In this document: piece by piece, positions 1-9,010 of the stretch
Position numbering within the stretch: the first letter of the stretch is position 1
Layout of the letters: each line of letters starts with the position of its first letter
Assembly (NCBI GenBank): GCA_044226625.1
Contig: JBGAGQ010000066.1
Coordinates: forward strand, 1-35,664
Direction: 5' to 3'
Length of the DNA: 35,664 nucleotides
From: Thermoanaerobaculia bacterium
Lineage (GTDB): Bacteria > Acidobacteriota > Thermoanaerobaculia > Multivoradales > UBA5704
Notes under the pieces: model-generated
What the model was told of the DNA's origin: nothing
The model's input: the letters and a program-made list of their open reading frames with translations, nothing else
Database searches by the model: none
Program-made: the position numbers and the translations under genes

Positions 1-575
1 CAGGTGAGACCATAGCGGCGGCTCCAAAAGCCGTACCCGCCGCCGAGCGTCAAGCCCGCAACACCGACCCCGGCGCAGGAGCCGGCGGGGATCAGTCGCC
101 CGATCGGAGCGAGGTTGTCGTAGACGGCGCCGAGCTTCGCCCCCGGCTGCAGCGTCACCCGTTGCGTCGTGCGGTCGAACCGCGCGCCGTTCATCACCGA
201 AAGGTCGATCATCAGCCCGCCGTCGTTGGTGGAGAAGCCCTCGAAACAGTGGCCGCCGCTCTTGATCGCGATCGGCAGCCTCTCGGTGCGCGCATAGGCG
301 ACGGCATCGCGGATTCCCTGCTCGTCGAGGCAGACAGCGATCACCTTCGGGGCGCTCGCGATACGCCGATTGAAGATCTGGGCGGAGACGGCGTAGTGCG
401 CGTCGTCGCGGCGCAGGAAGCGGACGTGCGGACTCGCGGCCGATGGCGGCGCCGCGAACAGCTCCGCCGCGCGAAAGAAGGCCGGCGCCCCAGTCCATCC
501 CGCGAGGCCCGCGAGCGCGCCGCGGACGAGATCGCGCCGGGTCGGGTGGACCGTGGGATCGGCGGGCTCGCGCAT
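1..575 (-). CDS. Tat-exported FAD-linked oxidase (VAO/PCMH, berberine-bridge-like), 3' end outside the window
   Basis: Not in the ORF track because it runs off the edge. Manual translation from ATG 575: MREPADPTVHPTRRDLVRG... (twin-Arg), PKVIAVC, AIKSGGHCFEGFS, GLMIDLS, PAGSCAGVGVAGLTLGGGYG. Confidence 0.88.
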   Translation of the reverse strand, partial: MREPADPTVHPTRRDLVRGALAGLAGWTGAPAFFRAAELFAAPPSAASPHVRFLRRDDAHYAVSAQIFNRRIASAPKVIAVCLDEQGIRDAVAYARTERLPIAIKSGGHCFEGFSTNDGGLMIDLSVMNGARFDRTTQRVTLQPGAKLGAVYDNLAPIGRLIPAGSCAGVGVAGLTLGGGYGFWSRRYGLT

Positions 576-597
576 CGCCCGATTCTATGCGCGAAGC

Positions 598-1617
598 CTA
601 ACCGCGCTTGAGCCAGCGAAACGGGGCGAGCAGGGCGCGGCCAAGCCGATAGGAGCGGGAGGAGCGCAGGGCGGACAGCTCGCCGCAGAGATCTTCGAGC
701 CGTTTCCCGGGATCGAGCATCTGCCAGCTCCCGCGCACCTCGAAAGCGGCGACCTCCCCGGAGACCGGGAAGATCAGCCAGGGATCGAGAGTGTCGAACG
801 CGACGGCGCCGTCGGCGAGGCGAGTTCCGTTCGTCTCGGCCGAGGCCACGGAGAGCGGCACGCGGGCGCCCGAGGAGCGCTCTGCGAAGACGGTCTCGAG
901 CCGGACGATCGCGAGCTGCCCCTCGGTCGGATCCCACCGGAGCCGCTTGACCGCAACCGGCTCGGGCAGCGTGAAACGAAGCGCGAACCTCGGGTTCGCG
1001 GGATCGCTCCGCTCGACGATCGGCTGCGGCTCGGAGAAGCCTTGGCCGGTGTCGAGAAACAGGGAGGAGATCCGGCCCATCCGGGCGTCGAGCCGGCCCT
1101 CCAATTCCGCAATCGCGGCCTCGGGCGAGGCGACCTTCCAGGCCCCGGAAAGTCGGAGCGCGGTCGGGCGCGCTCCGGGAGCGAGGTCGAACGAGATCCA
1201 AGGCGCCGAGGTCGCGAAACGGATCGAGCCGTCCGGCCCGATCGATCCGTTGGTGCGCAGGGCGGCCGGCTCGACCGGGTGCGCTTTGCCCTCGGTGTCG
1301 TCCCATTCGACCTGGGTCAACCAGATGCGGGCGAGACGTCCGTGGAGCGGCGACCACCGAAGCGAGCGAGCGCCCTCGGAGGGAGGAAACTCGAAATGAA
1401 GGGCGAGCGGCTCGCCGTCGGGATCGACGCGGACCGGGGAGGCCGCGGCGATCGGAACGTCGTTCTCGCTCAGGATCGATGCGGATGAGATCTTTCCGGA
1501 CCGGTAGTCGACCAGATCCTCGCGGGCGGGTTGAACCGGGGCGATCGGCGGCGCGTCCCGCGAATCGTCCACGCCGAGCCGGTCGTCCGTCGAAGCGAGG
1601 ATCGCGTCGTCCTCCAT
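598..1617 (-). CDS. Hypothetical protein with a tandemly duplicated beta-rich domain and a basic C-terminal helix; possible glycan-biosynthesis accessory
   Basis: Likely start MEDDAIL at 1617, 2 bp after the sufT stop. Internal repeat LRWSP/LRWDP...TNG...F...PW. Tail LRSSRSYRLGRALLAPFRWLKR. Confidence 0.6.
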   Translation of the reverse strand: MEDDAILASTDDRLGVDDSRDAPPIAPVQPAREDLVDYRSGKISSASILSENDVPIAAASPVRVDPDGEPLALHFEFPPSEGARSLRWSPLHGRLARIWLTQVEWDDTEGKAHPVEPAALRTNGSIGPDGSIRFATSAPWISFDLAPGARPTALRLSGAWKVASPEAAIAELEGRLDARMGRISSLFLDTGQGFSEPQPIVERSDPANPRFALRFTLPEPVAVKRLRWDPTEGQLAIVRLETVFAERSSGARVPLSVASAETNGTRLADGAVAFDTLDPWLIFPVSGEVAAFEVRGSWQMLDPGKRLEDLCGELSALRSSRSYRLGRALLAPFRWLKRG

Positions 1618-1619
1618 CG

Positions 1620-2168
1620 TCAAAACATCCCGAGCTCGAGGCGGGCGGCCTCGGTCATCATGCCCTGGTTCCACGGCGGATCCCACACGACGTCGACGTC
1701 GGCGCGCGCGACGCCGGGCAACGACTCGATCTTCCGCTTGATGTCGTCGGCAAGCACCGGTCCCATGCCGCACCCCGGGGCGGTGAGCGTCATCAGGACC
1801 CGCACGTCGTTGAGGCCCTCGATCTCACCGGTCGCGGGGGCGAGGTCGCAGCTGTAGATCAGGCCGAGATCGACGACGTTGACCGGGATCTCGGGGTCGT
1901 AGCAAGTCCGCAGCTGCGCCCAGATCCGCTCCTCGAGCGATCCGCTCTGAGCCGCCGTCGGCAGTCCCGCGGCCTCGCGGCCGATCGCGTCGGCGTCGCG
2001 GTCTTCGAGGCGGACCATCTCGCCCCGATCGGTGACCACGGTGTAAGAACCGCCGAGCGATTGGGTGATGCGAACCCGCTTGCCGGCGGGGAGGACCGAG
2101 GGCATCCCTTCCGGGATGCGAATGCCGCGGACGTCGCGGCTCAAGATGGCGTATTCGGGTGCACTCAT
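1620..2168 (-). CDS. sufT: Fe-S cluster assembly protein SufT (long form, DUF59)
   Basis: ITQSLGGSYTV N-terminal extension, CYDPEIPVNVVDLGLIY, MTLTAPGCGMG, VWDPPW...AARLELGM. Start MSAPEY at 2168. Confidence 0.92.
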   Translation of the reverse strand: MSAPEYAILSRDVRGIRIPEGMPSVLPAGKRVRITQSLGGSYTVVTDRGEMVRLEDRDADAIGREAAGLPTAAQSGSLEERIWAQLRTCYDPEIPVNVVDLGLIYSCDLAPATGEIEGLNDVRVLMTLTAPGCGMGPVLADDIKRKIESLPGVARADVDVVWDPPWNQGMMTEAARLELGMF

Positions 2169-2278
2169 TCGTTCGTGGAGGGATTCTCGCGTGCCGAGGC
2201 GTCGGTTGAGAGCAGCTCGCCCGCGGGCCTCGCGAGCGGAAAACAACGGTAACACAAGGGCAGGAGTAGAATTCCCTT

Positions 2279-3388
2279 ATGGTGGATCGGCTCGGAGCCC
2301 GTTCGGTTCGCGTTCTACTCGCCCTATTCTGGGTTTTCTGGGGTGTTCTCTTGGCGGCGCGCGAGGCAGAGGCGGCGATCACGGCGAGCTCGCCCGGCTG
2401 GCGCAAGATCTCGATCCCCGCCACGAGCTCCTACCTGTGGCGCTATCTACCGCAGAGCTTCGACCGCGACCATCCCGCGCCCGCGATCTTGTTCTTCCAT
2501 GGCGCCGGGGGGCGACCGGAGGGGTACAAGCCGTTCATCATTCCAGCGGCCGAGGCGGCTCACGCGGTCGTGATCCTGCCGAAGTCCGAGCGCGACGTCG
2601 GCTGGGAGTCCGCCGTTGACGACTCGACGGTCGCCGAGTCGCTCCGCTTGGTAGGGGACGAGATCGAGCTCGATCCACGGCGGATCTCCGTCGCCGGGCA
2701 TTCCGCGGGCGGCGCCTACGCGATCCTCCTCGCCTACACGCACGAGCTCGGCTTTTCCGCCGTCTTCTCCCTGGCGAGCCCGTTCCGCACCGTCTCCGCC
2801 GTCGCCGATCCGCTCTGGAAAGCGCCGATCCGGATGTACTACGGAACGACCGACCCGAACTACACGGGGGGTTCGTACGCCGCGCTCAAGGCGCAGTTCG
2901 AGACGTTGGGGATTCCCTGGCAGGAGGAGATCCGCGAAGGCTTCGGCCATTCGACCTGGCCCGACACCACGCTGCCGGACGGATTCCAATTCCTTGCCGC
3001 GCAGCGATATCCCGACGCGCCCCCTCCTCCGCCGGTCTGCTCGCCGACGGCCCATCGCGCCTGCTTACGCGACGGCCGGTTCGGCGTCGAGGTGACCTGG
3101 AAGAAAGGAAACGGCGAGAGCGGCCCGGGCGTGGTCGCCGTTCCTTCGTCCGCCTCGGCGAGCCTCTTTTCCCTGATCGTGCCCGACAACTGGGCTGCGC
3201 TCATCAAGGTCCAGGACGGCTGCGCGGCCACCGGGAAATACTGGGTCTATGGAGCGGTGACCAGCGACCTGGAAGTCGAGATCCGGGTCAACGACGAACG
3301 GACCGGCATCGTCCGGACCTACAGGAAACCGCCCGGCTCGGCGCCGTTCGGGCTCCGAGATCGGGCGGCGTTTCCCTGCGCCCCCTGA
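2279..3388 (+). CDS. Secreted alpha/beta-hydrolase (esterase/PHB-depolymerase-like) with Pro linker and Cys-containing C-terminal domain
   Basis: Signal peptide, FFHGAGG, GHSAG nucleophile elbow, D and H (GHSTW), then PPPPP linker and CLRDGRF...DGC...YWV...AFPC domain. Confidence 0.8.
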   Translation: MVDRLGARSVRVLLALFWVFWGVLLAAREAEAAITASSPGWRKISIPATSSYLWRYLPQSFDRDHPAPAILFFHGAGGRPEGYKPFIIPAAEAAHAVVILPKSERDVGWESAVDDSTVAESLRLVGDEIELDPRRISVAGHSAGGAYAILLAYTHELGFSAVFSLASPFRTVSAVADPLWKAPIRMYYGTTDPNYTGGSYAALKAQFETLGIPWQEEIREGFGHSTWPDTTLPDGFQFLAAQRYPDAPPPPPVCSPTAHRACLRDGRFGVEVTWKKGNGESGPGVVAVPSSASASLFSLIVPDNWAALIKVQDGCAATGKYWVYGAVTSDLEVEIRVNDERTGIVRTYRKPPGSAPFGLRDRAAFPCAP

Positions 3389-3424
3389 GATTAGACGGCG
3401 CCGGTTAGGCGCCTCGGTCGGCGC

Positions 3425-3991
3425 CTACTTGCACTTCCCGTTGTGGTCGGGACGGACGCCGGCCTTGGCGATCTCGCACGAGTTAGCGTAGGTCTTTCCG
3501 TCACAACCGCAAACGGCGGGACCCTGCGTCGGGCAGGGATCCGGAGTGGCCACGCACGTGCCGGCCAGGTCCGGTTGGTTGCATTTGCCGCTCGGGTAGG
3601 CACACCCCTCGCCGCTCGGGCAGGTCAGGCCGCCGATGCCGCCGCAGGTCGCTCCGGTCATCTTTCCGGGCTTGGTGTCGCACGCGCCGGTCGACCGCAA
3701 CGAGACGCCCGCCATCTGGCGCTCGCAGTCGTTGCCATAGGTCTTGCCGTCGCAACCACACACCGGGTCGTACTGCTGGGTGCAGTTTTCGGGCTTCGTC
3801 ATGCAGGAGCCCTTGTCGCCCGAGCCGGCCTTCGGGCAGGTGCCAGCCGCGAACTCGCAAAACGAGGTCTTGGCGCAGTCCGCGTCGCGTGTACAGGTCT
3901 GCGCATGGAGTGGGGTGGAGGACAGGTACCCGGCGATCGAGAGTGCCAGGAGCAGCCCCGGGAAGACTTGGTGGAGGACTCTTCGCTGCAT
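3425..3991 (-). CDS. Secreted double Kazal-type protease inhibitor domain protein
   Basis: GAGGAGG RBS before ATG 3991 (MQRRVL), signal peptide, two VCGCDGKTY.N.C motifs. Confidence 0.85.
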   Translation of the reverse strand: MQRRVLHQVFPGLLLALSIAGYLSSTPLHAQTCTRDADCAKTSFCEFAAGTCPKAGSGDKGSCMTKPENCTQQYDPVCGCDGKTYGNDCERQMAGVSLRSTGACDTKPGKMTGATCGGIGGLTCPSGEGCAYPSGKCNQPDLAGTCVATPDPCPTQGPAVCGCDGKTYANSCEIAKAGVRPDHNGKCK

Positions 3992-4187
3992 GTCTACCTC
4001 CTCGGGTCGAGCGTCTTGTGGACGATTTCGTTGGAAAGGACCGGTGGGTTCGCCGGTCCCCGGATGCGCTCTGCCGAGTGCAACGCCGGTGCCGTGTACG
4101 CCTTCGCATGGCGCCGAGGTCGTCATGCGCGGACGGCGCACATCTTGCCGATCCGTCAATCGGTTTATGGCAAGGCCTGCAATCCTT

Positions 4188-4739
4188 CTAAGTCGTGATC
4201 TGGCCGAAATGCATTGCCAGAAGCTCCCTGCGCCGCGCGATCGGTTGGAGGGCATCGTCGCCCTCCGCGCGGTCCGTCATCAAAATCCCGTCCAGATGAT
4301 CGACCTCGTGCTGGACCAGCTCGGAGAGATCGGGTGCGAGCTCGCTCCAGCGTTGTGTCCGGCCCTCGTGATCGAGGTAGTCGAGAGAAAGAGACCGGTG
4401 TCGGCGGACCCGGACCAGGCGATCCGGGATGCTCAGGCAGTCGTCCCAAACCAGGAAGGTCTCGTCGCTGCGCCAGGTGATCTCGGGGTTCACGAGTACG
4501 AACGGCTCGCCCCCGAGGTCCATCGCGATCAGCCGCTTCAAAACGCCTACCTGGACCGCCGAGATCGCGCGGCCGAACCCTGTGCGCGCCCGGAAGTCGC
4601 GGAGCGTGGCAAGGAGCGACGACGCCTCGGATCGGAGGTCCGGGTCTCCCGGATCCACCTCGGTGGACCGTTCGCGCAGCCGTGGGTCGCCCGCGAGGAG
4701 AATGGGAAGGGGAGCGGCGTCGAGGTCGAAGGCGGTCAT
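4188..4739 (-). CDS. def: Peptide deformylase-like protein (variant motifs)
   Basis: GDPRLR, GRAISAVQVG, NPEI, DDCLS, QHEVDHLDG. Confidence 0.82.
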   Translation of the reverse strand: MTAFDLDAAPLPILLAGDPRLRERSTEVDPGDPDLRSEASSLLATLRDFRARTGFGRAISAVQVGVLKRLIAMDLGGEPFVLVNPEITWRSDETFLVWDDCLSIPDRLVRVRRHRSLSLDYLDHEGRTQRWSELAPDLSELVQHEVDHLDGILMTDRAEGDDALQPIARRRELLAMHFGQITT

Positions 4740-4780
4740 TCGACTTCCGTCAGGCCGCCGCGGTATTCCTCAAATGCCCT

Positions 4781-5383
4781 TCAAGCCGCAGGGGCCGCGA
4801 GCCGCCCGTCGAGATCGAGCTCGGCGGCGACCTTCTGCATCGACGCGAGGACGTTGCCGACATGGGTCCAGAGGTCGAGCTGGCCATCGAAGCAGACGCG
4901 GGAGAAATCGGCGGTCGCCGCCTCGACGTGGTCACGGTCGACCCCGGCGGCGAAGATCTTCTCTTTCCACCGCTTCTTGATCGACTTGACCTCGACGTCG
5001 CGCACGTCTTTGCTCGGCCGGACGAGCGCCGCGGCGAGGATCAACCCGGTGATCTCGTCGCAGGCGAGCAGGGCGAAGTCGAGCGGCCGCTCGCGCTCGA
5101 CTCCGGTTCCCTCGGTGTTGTGCGAGAGGATCGCCTGGACGACGCTCTCGTCGCATCCCTTCTCGCGCAGGATCGGCGCGCCCTCCTTGGGATGCGCTTC
5201 GAGCGTCGGATGGATCTCCCAATCCCAGTCGTGAAGCAGGCCGGCGAGACCCCAGACCTCGGGGTCCTCGCCTAGTCGCTCCGCGTAGCCTCGGACGGCG
5301 GCCTCGACCGCGAGCATGTGCCGACGGAGGCCGGCGGCCTGCACGTTGTCGAGGATCAGCTGCCAGGCTTCCTGTCGGTTCAT
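4781..5383 (-). CDS. HD-superfamily (HDIG) predicted metal-dependent phosphohydrolase
   Basis: RRHMLAVE, GLLHDWD, AILSH, LACDEITGLI..A..VRP. Confidence 0.85.
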   Translation of the reverse strand: MNRQEAWQLILDNVQAAGLRRHMLAVEAAVRGYAERLGEDPEVWGLAGLLHDWDWEIHPTLEAHPKEGAPILREKGCDESVVQAILSHNTEGTGVERERPLDFALLACDEITGLILAAALVRPSKDVRDVEVKSIKKRWKEKIFAAGVDRDHVEAATADFSRVCFDGQLDLWTHVGNVLASMQKVAAELDLDGRLAAPAA

Positions 5384-5435
5384 CGTTTGCGAGCCTCTCT
5401 GGGCGGAGCGTCTTGATCGAATGAACCGTCCGGGA

Positions 5436-6539
5436 CTAGATCATCACTTCGATCGGGGTCTTCGAGCGCAGACCGTCGGCGTGCGAGCGCACGGCGGTCT
5501 TCAAATCCCGGTTGCGGAGGAACTGCTCGATGCGCCCCTTCACCTGATCGAAAGGCACCTGTTTGGCCGGCAGCACGTCGATCATCTGGATGATGTGGAA
5601 GCCGAATTGCGTCTCGACCACGCCGGAGGTCTCCCCCTTGGCCAGAGCCCAGGCGGCTTTCTCGAAGGGCGGAACCGTCTCGCCTTGGGCCATCGGAGGG
5701 AGCTCGCCGCCGTTGCCCTTCGAGCCCGGATCGGCCGAGTACTGCGCCGCGAGCGCGGCGAAGTCCTCGCCCTTCTTGATCCGGTCGAGCACGTCCTCGG
5801 CGAGCTTCTTCGCCTTTGCCTTGGCGGCCTCGTCCTGGCCTTCCGGACGGATCAGGATGTGCCGCAGCCTCCGACGCTCGGCGATCTTCATCTCGTTCGG
5901 ATTCTGCTCGTAGTAGGCGCGAATCGTCTCCTCCGTCACCTGGACCTTGGGCGCGAACTTCTCGGCGATGTAGCGGTCGACGGTCAGGATCGTCCGGGCG
6001 TTGTCTCGAAGCGAAGCCTGGCTGATGCCCTGCGCCGCAAGCGCCTCGTCGAACTTCTTGGCGTCGGGGAAACGCGCCTTGATCTCGGCGATGCGGTTGT
6101 TTACGTCGGCGTCGCTCGCCTTGATTCCTTGTGAGGTCGCGTCGAGGTAGAGGAGCTGGCGGACGACCAGGCTGTCGAGCACCTCGCGAAAGAACGCGAG
6201 GCTCGAAGGAGGCGGAGGAGTGCCGGTCTGCGCCGCCTGGGCGACGAGCTGGCGCGCCGCGTTCAGGAGGTCCGAGCGGGAAATCGAATCCTTGCCGACC
6301 CGTGCGACCACGTCCGGAAATTTGGTCGGATCGACGCGCACCTGGGCTTCCGAGTTGAGCGGCGGCGCCGTGGTGGTTCCTTCGCCGGCGGCGGATTGCG
6401 GCGGTGCAGTAGAAGGCGACGTTTGGGTGCCGGTGCCGTTTCCGGCGTTCGTACCCGGGGACTCGGCGTCGCGCGAACAGGCGAGCTGAAAGAGGATCGC
6501 TACCGAGAGAAAGAGGAGGAGATGGGGGCGTCGGATCAT
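5436..6539 (-). CDS. PrsA/SurA-like parvulin peptidyl-prolyl isomerase lipoprotein
   Basis: Lipobox QLAC, SurA-N-like helices, RHILI, DFAALA..YS.DPGS..NGGEL, VETQFGFHII. Confidence 0.9.
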   Translation of the reverse strand: MIRRPHLLLFLSVAILFQLACSRDAESPGTNAGNGTGTQTSPSTAPPQSAAGEGTTTAPPLNSEAQVRVDPTKFPDVVARVGKDSISRSDLLNAARQLVAQAAQTGTPPPPSSLAFFREVLDSLVVRQLLYLDATSQGIKASDADVNNRIAEIKARFPDAKKFDEALAAQGISQASLRDNARTILTVDRYIAEKFAPKVQVTEETIRAYYEQNPNEMKIAERRRLRHILIRPEGQDEAAKAKAKKLAEDVLDRIKKGEDFAALAAQYSADPGSKGNGGELPPMAQGETVPPFEKAAWALAKGETSGVVETQFGFHIIQMIDVLPAKQVPFDQVKGRIEQFLRNRDLKTAVRSHADGLRSKTPIEVMI

Positions 6540-6617
6540 CCGACCATTCTAGCTTTCCGTACGGTTTCGTTCCAGGGAGCGGGGGAGCGTCGGGAGCCGG
6601 GGGAGGAGGCGACCGAC

Positions 6618-6643
6618 CTGGGCGGGACGATCGCCCCGCCCAG
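6618..6643 (-). terminator. Hairpin downstream of the M13 peptidase gene
   Basis: ctgggcggga-cgatcg-ccccgcccag inverted repeat just after the stop. No clear U-tract. Confidence 0.35.
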
Positions 6644-6675
6644 ATAGTTCTCGATGGAAGAAAGCTACCGGAGGC

Positions 6676-8781
6676 CTACCAGACCTCGCAACGCTGGGCC
6701 CGGTTCATCGGCGTATTCGCGGCGCAATGGAAGGTCTCCGCGAAGGCCGGGAAGTTCGAGAGCGGGCCGTCGACCCGGAAGTTCGGCGGCGAGTGGGGAT
6801 CGACCGTCACGAGCAGCTTGGCGTACTCGGGACGGCGGATGGAGCACCAGCTCTGGGCGAAACCGAGGAAGAACAGCTGGTCGTTGGTGAAGCCGGGGAT
6901 CAACGGCGCGGGATTGCCGTTGCGCGCGGACCACGAATGCCAGGCGTTGAAGGCCGCCTTGATGCCTCCGAAGTCGGCGATGTTCTCGCCCAGGGTGAGC
7001 TTGCCGTTCACCTTGACCTCGGGAAGGACCTCGAAGCCGGAGTAGAGGTTCTCCACGCACTGGGCGCGCTCCTGGAAACGGGAGACCGCCGCCGGATCCC
7101 ACCACTCGCGCAGGCTGCCGGATCCGTCGAACTGCCGGCCCTGATCGTCGAAGCCATGGGTCAGCTCGTGGCCCATCGCCATGCCGATCCCGCCGTAGTT
7201 CATCGGCGCCGGGTGATCCTTGCTGAAGAACGGCGGCTGGAGCACGCCGGCGGGAAAGACCATCTCGTTGCGCAGGGGGTTGTAATACGCGTTGACCGTC
7301 GGCGGCGTCATGCCCCACTCGGTCCGGTCGACCTTTTGGCCCACTTTCCGGAGCAGGCGGGCGACCTCGAAGCGGATCGCGGCCTGGGCGTTGGCGAAAT
7401 AGCCGGCGCCGGGGCTCAAGCTCAGCTCCGAGTAGTCGCGCCACTTTTCCGGGTAGCCCACCTTGTTGACCAGGACGGCGGTCTTCTCTTTTGCCTTGGC
7501 GCGCGTCGCGTCGTCCATCCAGGCTAGCGACGGGAGCCCCCCTTCGAAGGCGTGCTCGATGTCCTGGATCATCTCGACCGCGACCTGCTTGCTCTCGCCC
7601 GCGAACTGGCGCTCGACGAAAGCCCGGCCGAGCGCGAAACCGAGCGCTCCGTCCGTCGCATCGACGCAGCGCTTCCAGCGGACCTGAATTTCCTGCTGGC
7701 CCTGGAGCCGCTTGTCGAAGAAAGCGAAGCTCTCGTCGACGAACGGCTTGCTCAGCTCGTCGGCCCGGGAGTGGACCGCGAGCCAGCGGAAATCGGCGCG
7801 CAGGGTGTCCATGTCGACCTTGCCGAGCGCCTCGGAGAGCCCCTTGAAGAAGCCTTCGGGCGCCGCGCTGATCAGGCTGAGATCGGGCTTGCCCAGCCCC
7901 TTGAAGAACGGCGCCCAGGACATGCCGCCGGACATCTGCTCCAGGGTCTTGAGGTCGACCCGGCGGTAGATCTTGTTCGGATCGCGCATCTCGGCGCGCG
8001 GCAGCGACACCTTGGCGAGCGCGGTCTCGAGCTCCACGATGCCCTTGGCGTGACGGCTCGCGTCGTCCGCCGACTCGCCGGCGAGGCCGAGCATCTTCGC
8101 GACGTGCGCCTGGTAGTCGGCGAGGAGGGCTTTGCTCTCCGCGTCGTCCTTCAGGTAATAGTCGCGATCCGGCAGGCCGAGGCCGCCCTGGGTGAGGTAG
8201 GCGATCGTCAGATCCGGCTCCTTGAAGTCCCCTTCGACCGCGGTCGACAGCAGGACCTCGATCGCCTCGCCCTGGAGCTCACCCGCGACCTCGAGGGCGC
8301 TCGCGACGTCTTTCACCTTCTCGATGCGCGCGAAGATCGGCTTCAAGGGAGCCGCGCCGGCTTTCTCGATCGCCGCTTCGTCCATACAGGAGGAGTAGAA
8401 GGCGCCGAGCCGCCGGTCGTCGGGATTCTCGCCGGGCGCCTTGGCGAGCTTCTCCAGGATCTGATGGAGGACGTCGCGGTTCGTGTCGGCGAGCTGGGAG
8501 AAGCCGCGGCCGTAGTTCGATTCGTCGGAAGGCAGCGTGGTCTTGGCAAGCCAACCGCCGCAGGCGTACTGATAGAAGCTTTGGCAGGGATCGGCCTTGG
8601 GGTCGAGGGTGGCTCGGACCTCCGTCGCGACGGCCTCGTACTTGGCGGCCGCGGCCGCCCTCGAGGCGCGGTCGGCAGGGGGCGGGGTCGAGTCCGCGGC
8701 CTGGAGTGGGAGGCTCGCGAGAGAGGTGGCGCCCACGAGGGCGGCCGCGAGAGGGAGGCTGCGGAGAAGTGAGATCGGCAT
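6676..8781 (-). CDS. M13 family (neprilysin/PepO-like) zinc metallopeptidase, secreted
   Basis: AGGAG RBS before ATG 8781 (MPISLL), DPCQSFYQYACGGW, VNAYY, HELTHGFD, GENIAD, DPHSP...RV, C-terminal CEVW. Confidence 0.95.
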   Translation of the reverse strand: MPISLLRSLPLAAALVGATSLASLPLQAADSTPPPADRASRAAAAAKYEAVATEVRATLDPKADPCQSFYQYACGGWLAKTTLPSDESNYGRGFSQLADTNRDVLHQILEKLAKAPGENPDDRRLGAFYSSCMDEAAIEKAGAAPLKPIFARIEKVKDVASALEVAGELQGEAIEVLLSTAVEGDFKEPDLTIAYLTQGGLGLPDRDYYLKDDAESKALLADYQAHVAKMLGLAGESADDASRHAKGIVELETALAKVSLPRAEMRDPNKIYRRVDLKTLEQMSGGMSWAPFFKGLGKPDLSLISAAPEGFFKGLSEALGKVDMDTLRADFRWLAVHSRADELSKPFVDESFAFFDKRLQGQQEIQVRWKRCVDATDGALGFALGRAFVERQFAGESKQVAVEMIQDIEHAFEGGLPSLAWMDDATRAKAKEKTAVLVNKVGYPEKWRDYSELSLSPGAGYFANAQAAIRFEVARLLRKVGQKVDRTEWGMTPPTVNAYYNPLRNEMVFPAGVLQPPFFSKDHPAPMNYGGIGMAMGHELTHGFDDQGRQFDGSGSLREWWDPAAVSRFQERAQCVENLYSGFEVLPEVKVNGKLTLGENIADFGGIKAAFNAWHSWSARNGNPAPLIPGFTNDQLFFLGFAQSWCSIRRPEYAKLLVTVDPHSPPNFRVDGPLSNFPAFAETFHCAANTPMNRAQRCEVW

Positions 8782-9010
8782 GAGGCTCCTTCGAAACGAG
8801 AGGTTGGGTCGCCGCCCGCGTCCGGGCGCAATTCGAGTTTTCGGGTGACAGTATACGGATCGCCTTCGAGAGAGTTTCACCGCTTCTTTTCCGCCGTCCC
8901 ATCGGGTCCCGCCCGATCGGCTCCGGTCGAGGAGCGGTTCGGCCTTCCGTCCTCCCGCACGGCTGGATACGATGCGCCGCCGGGAGGGTCGCGATGAGAG
9001 GGAGCTCCAG

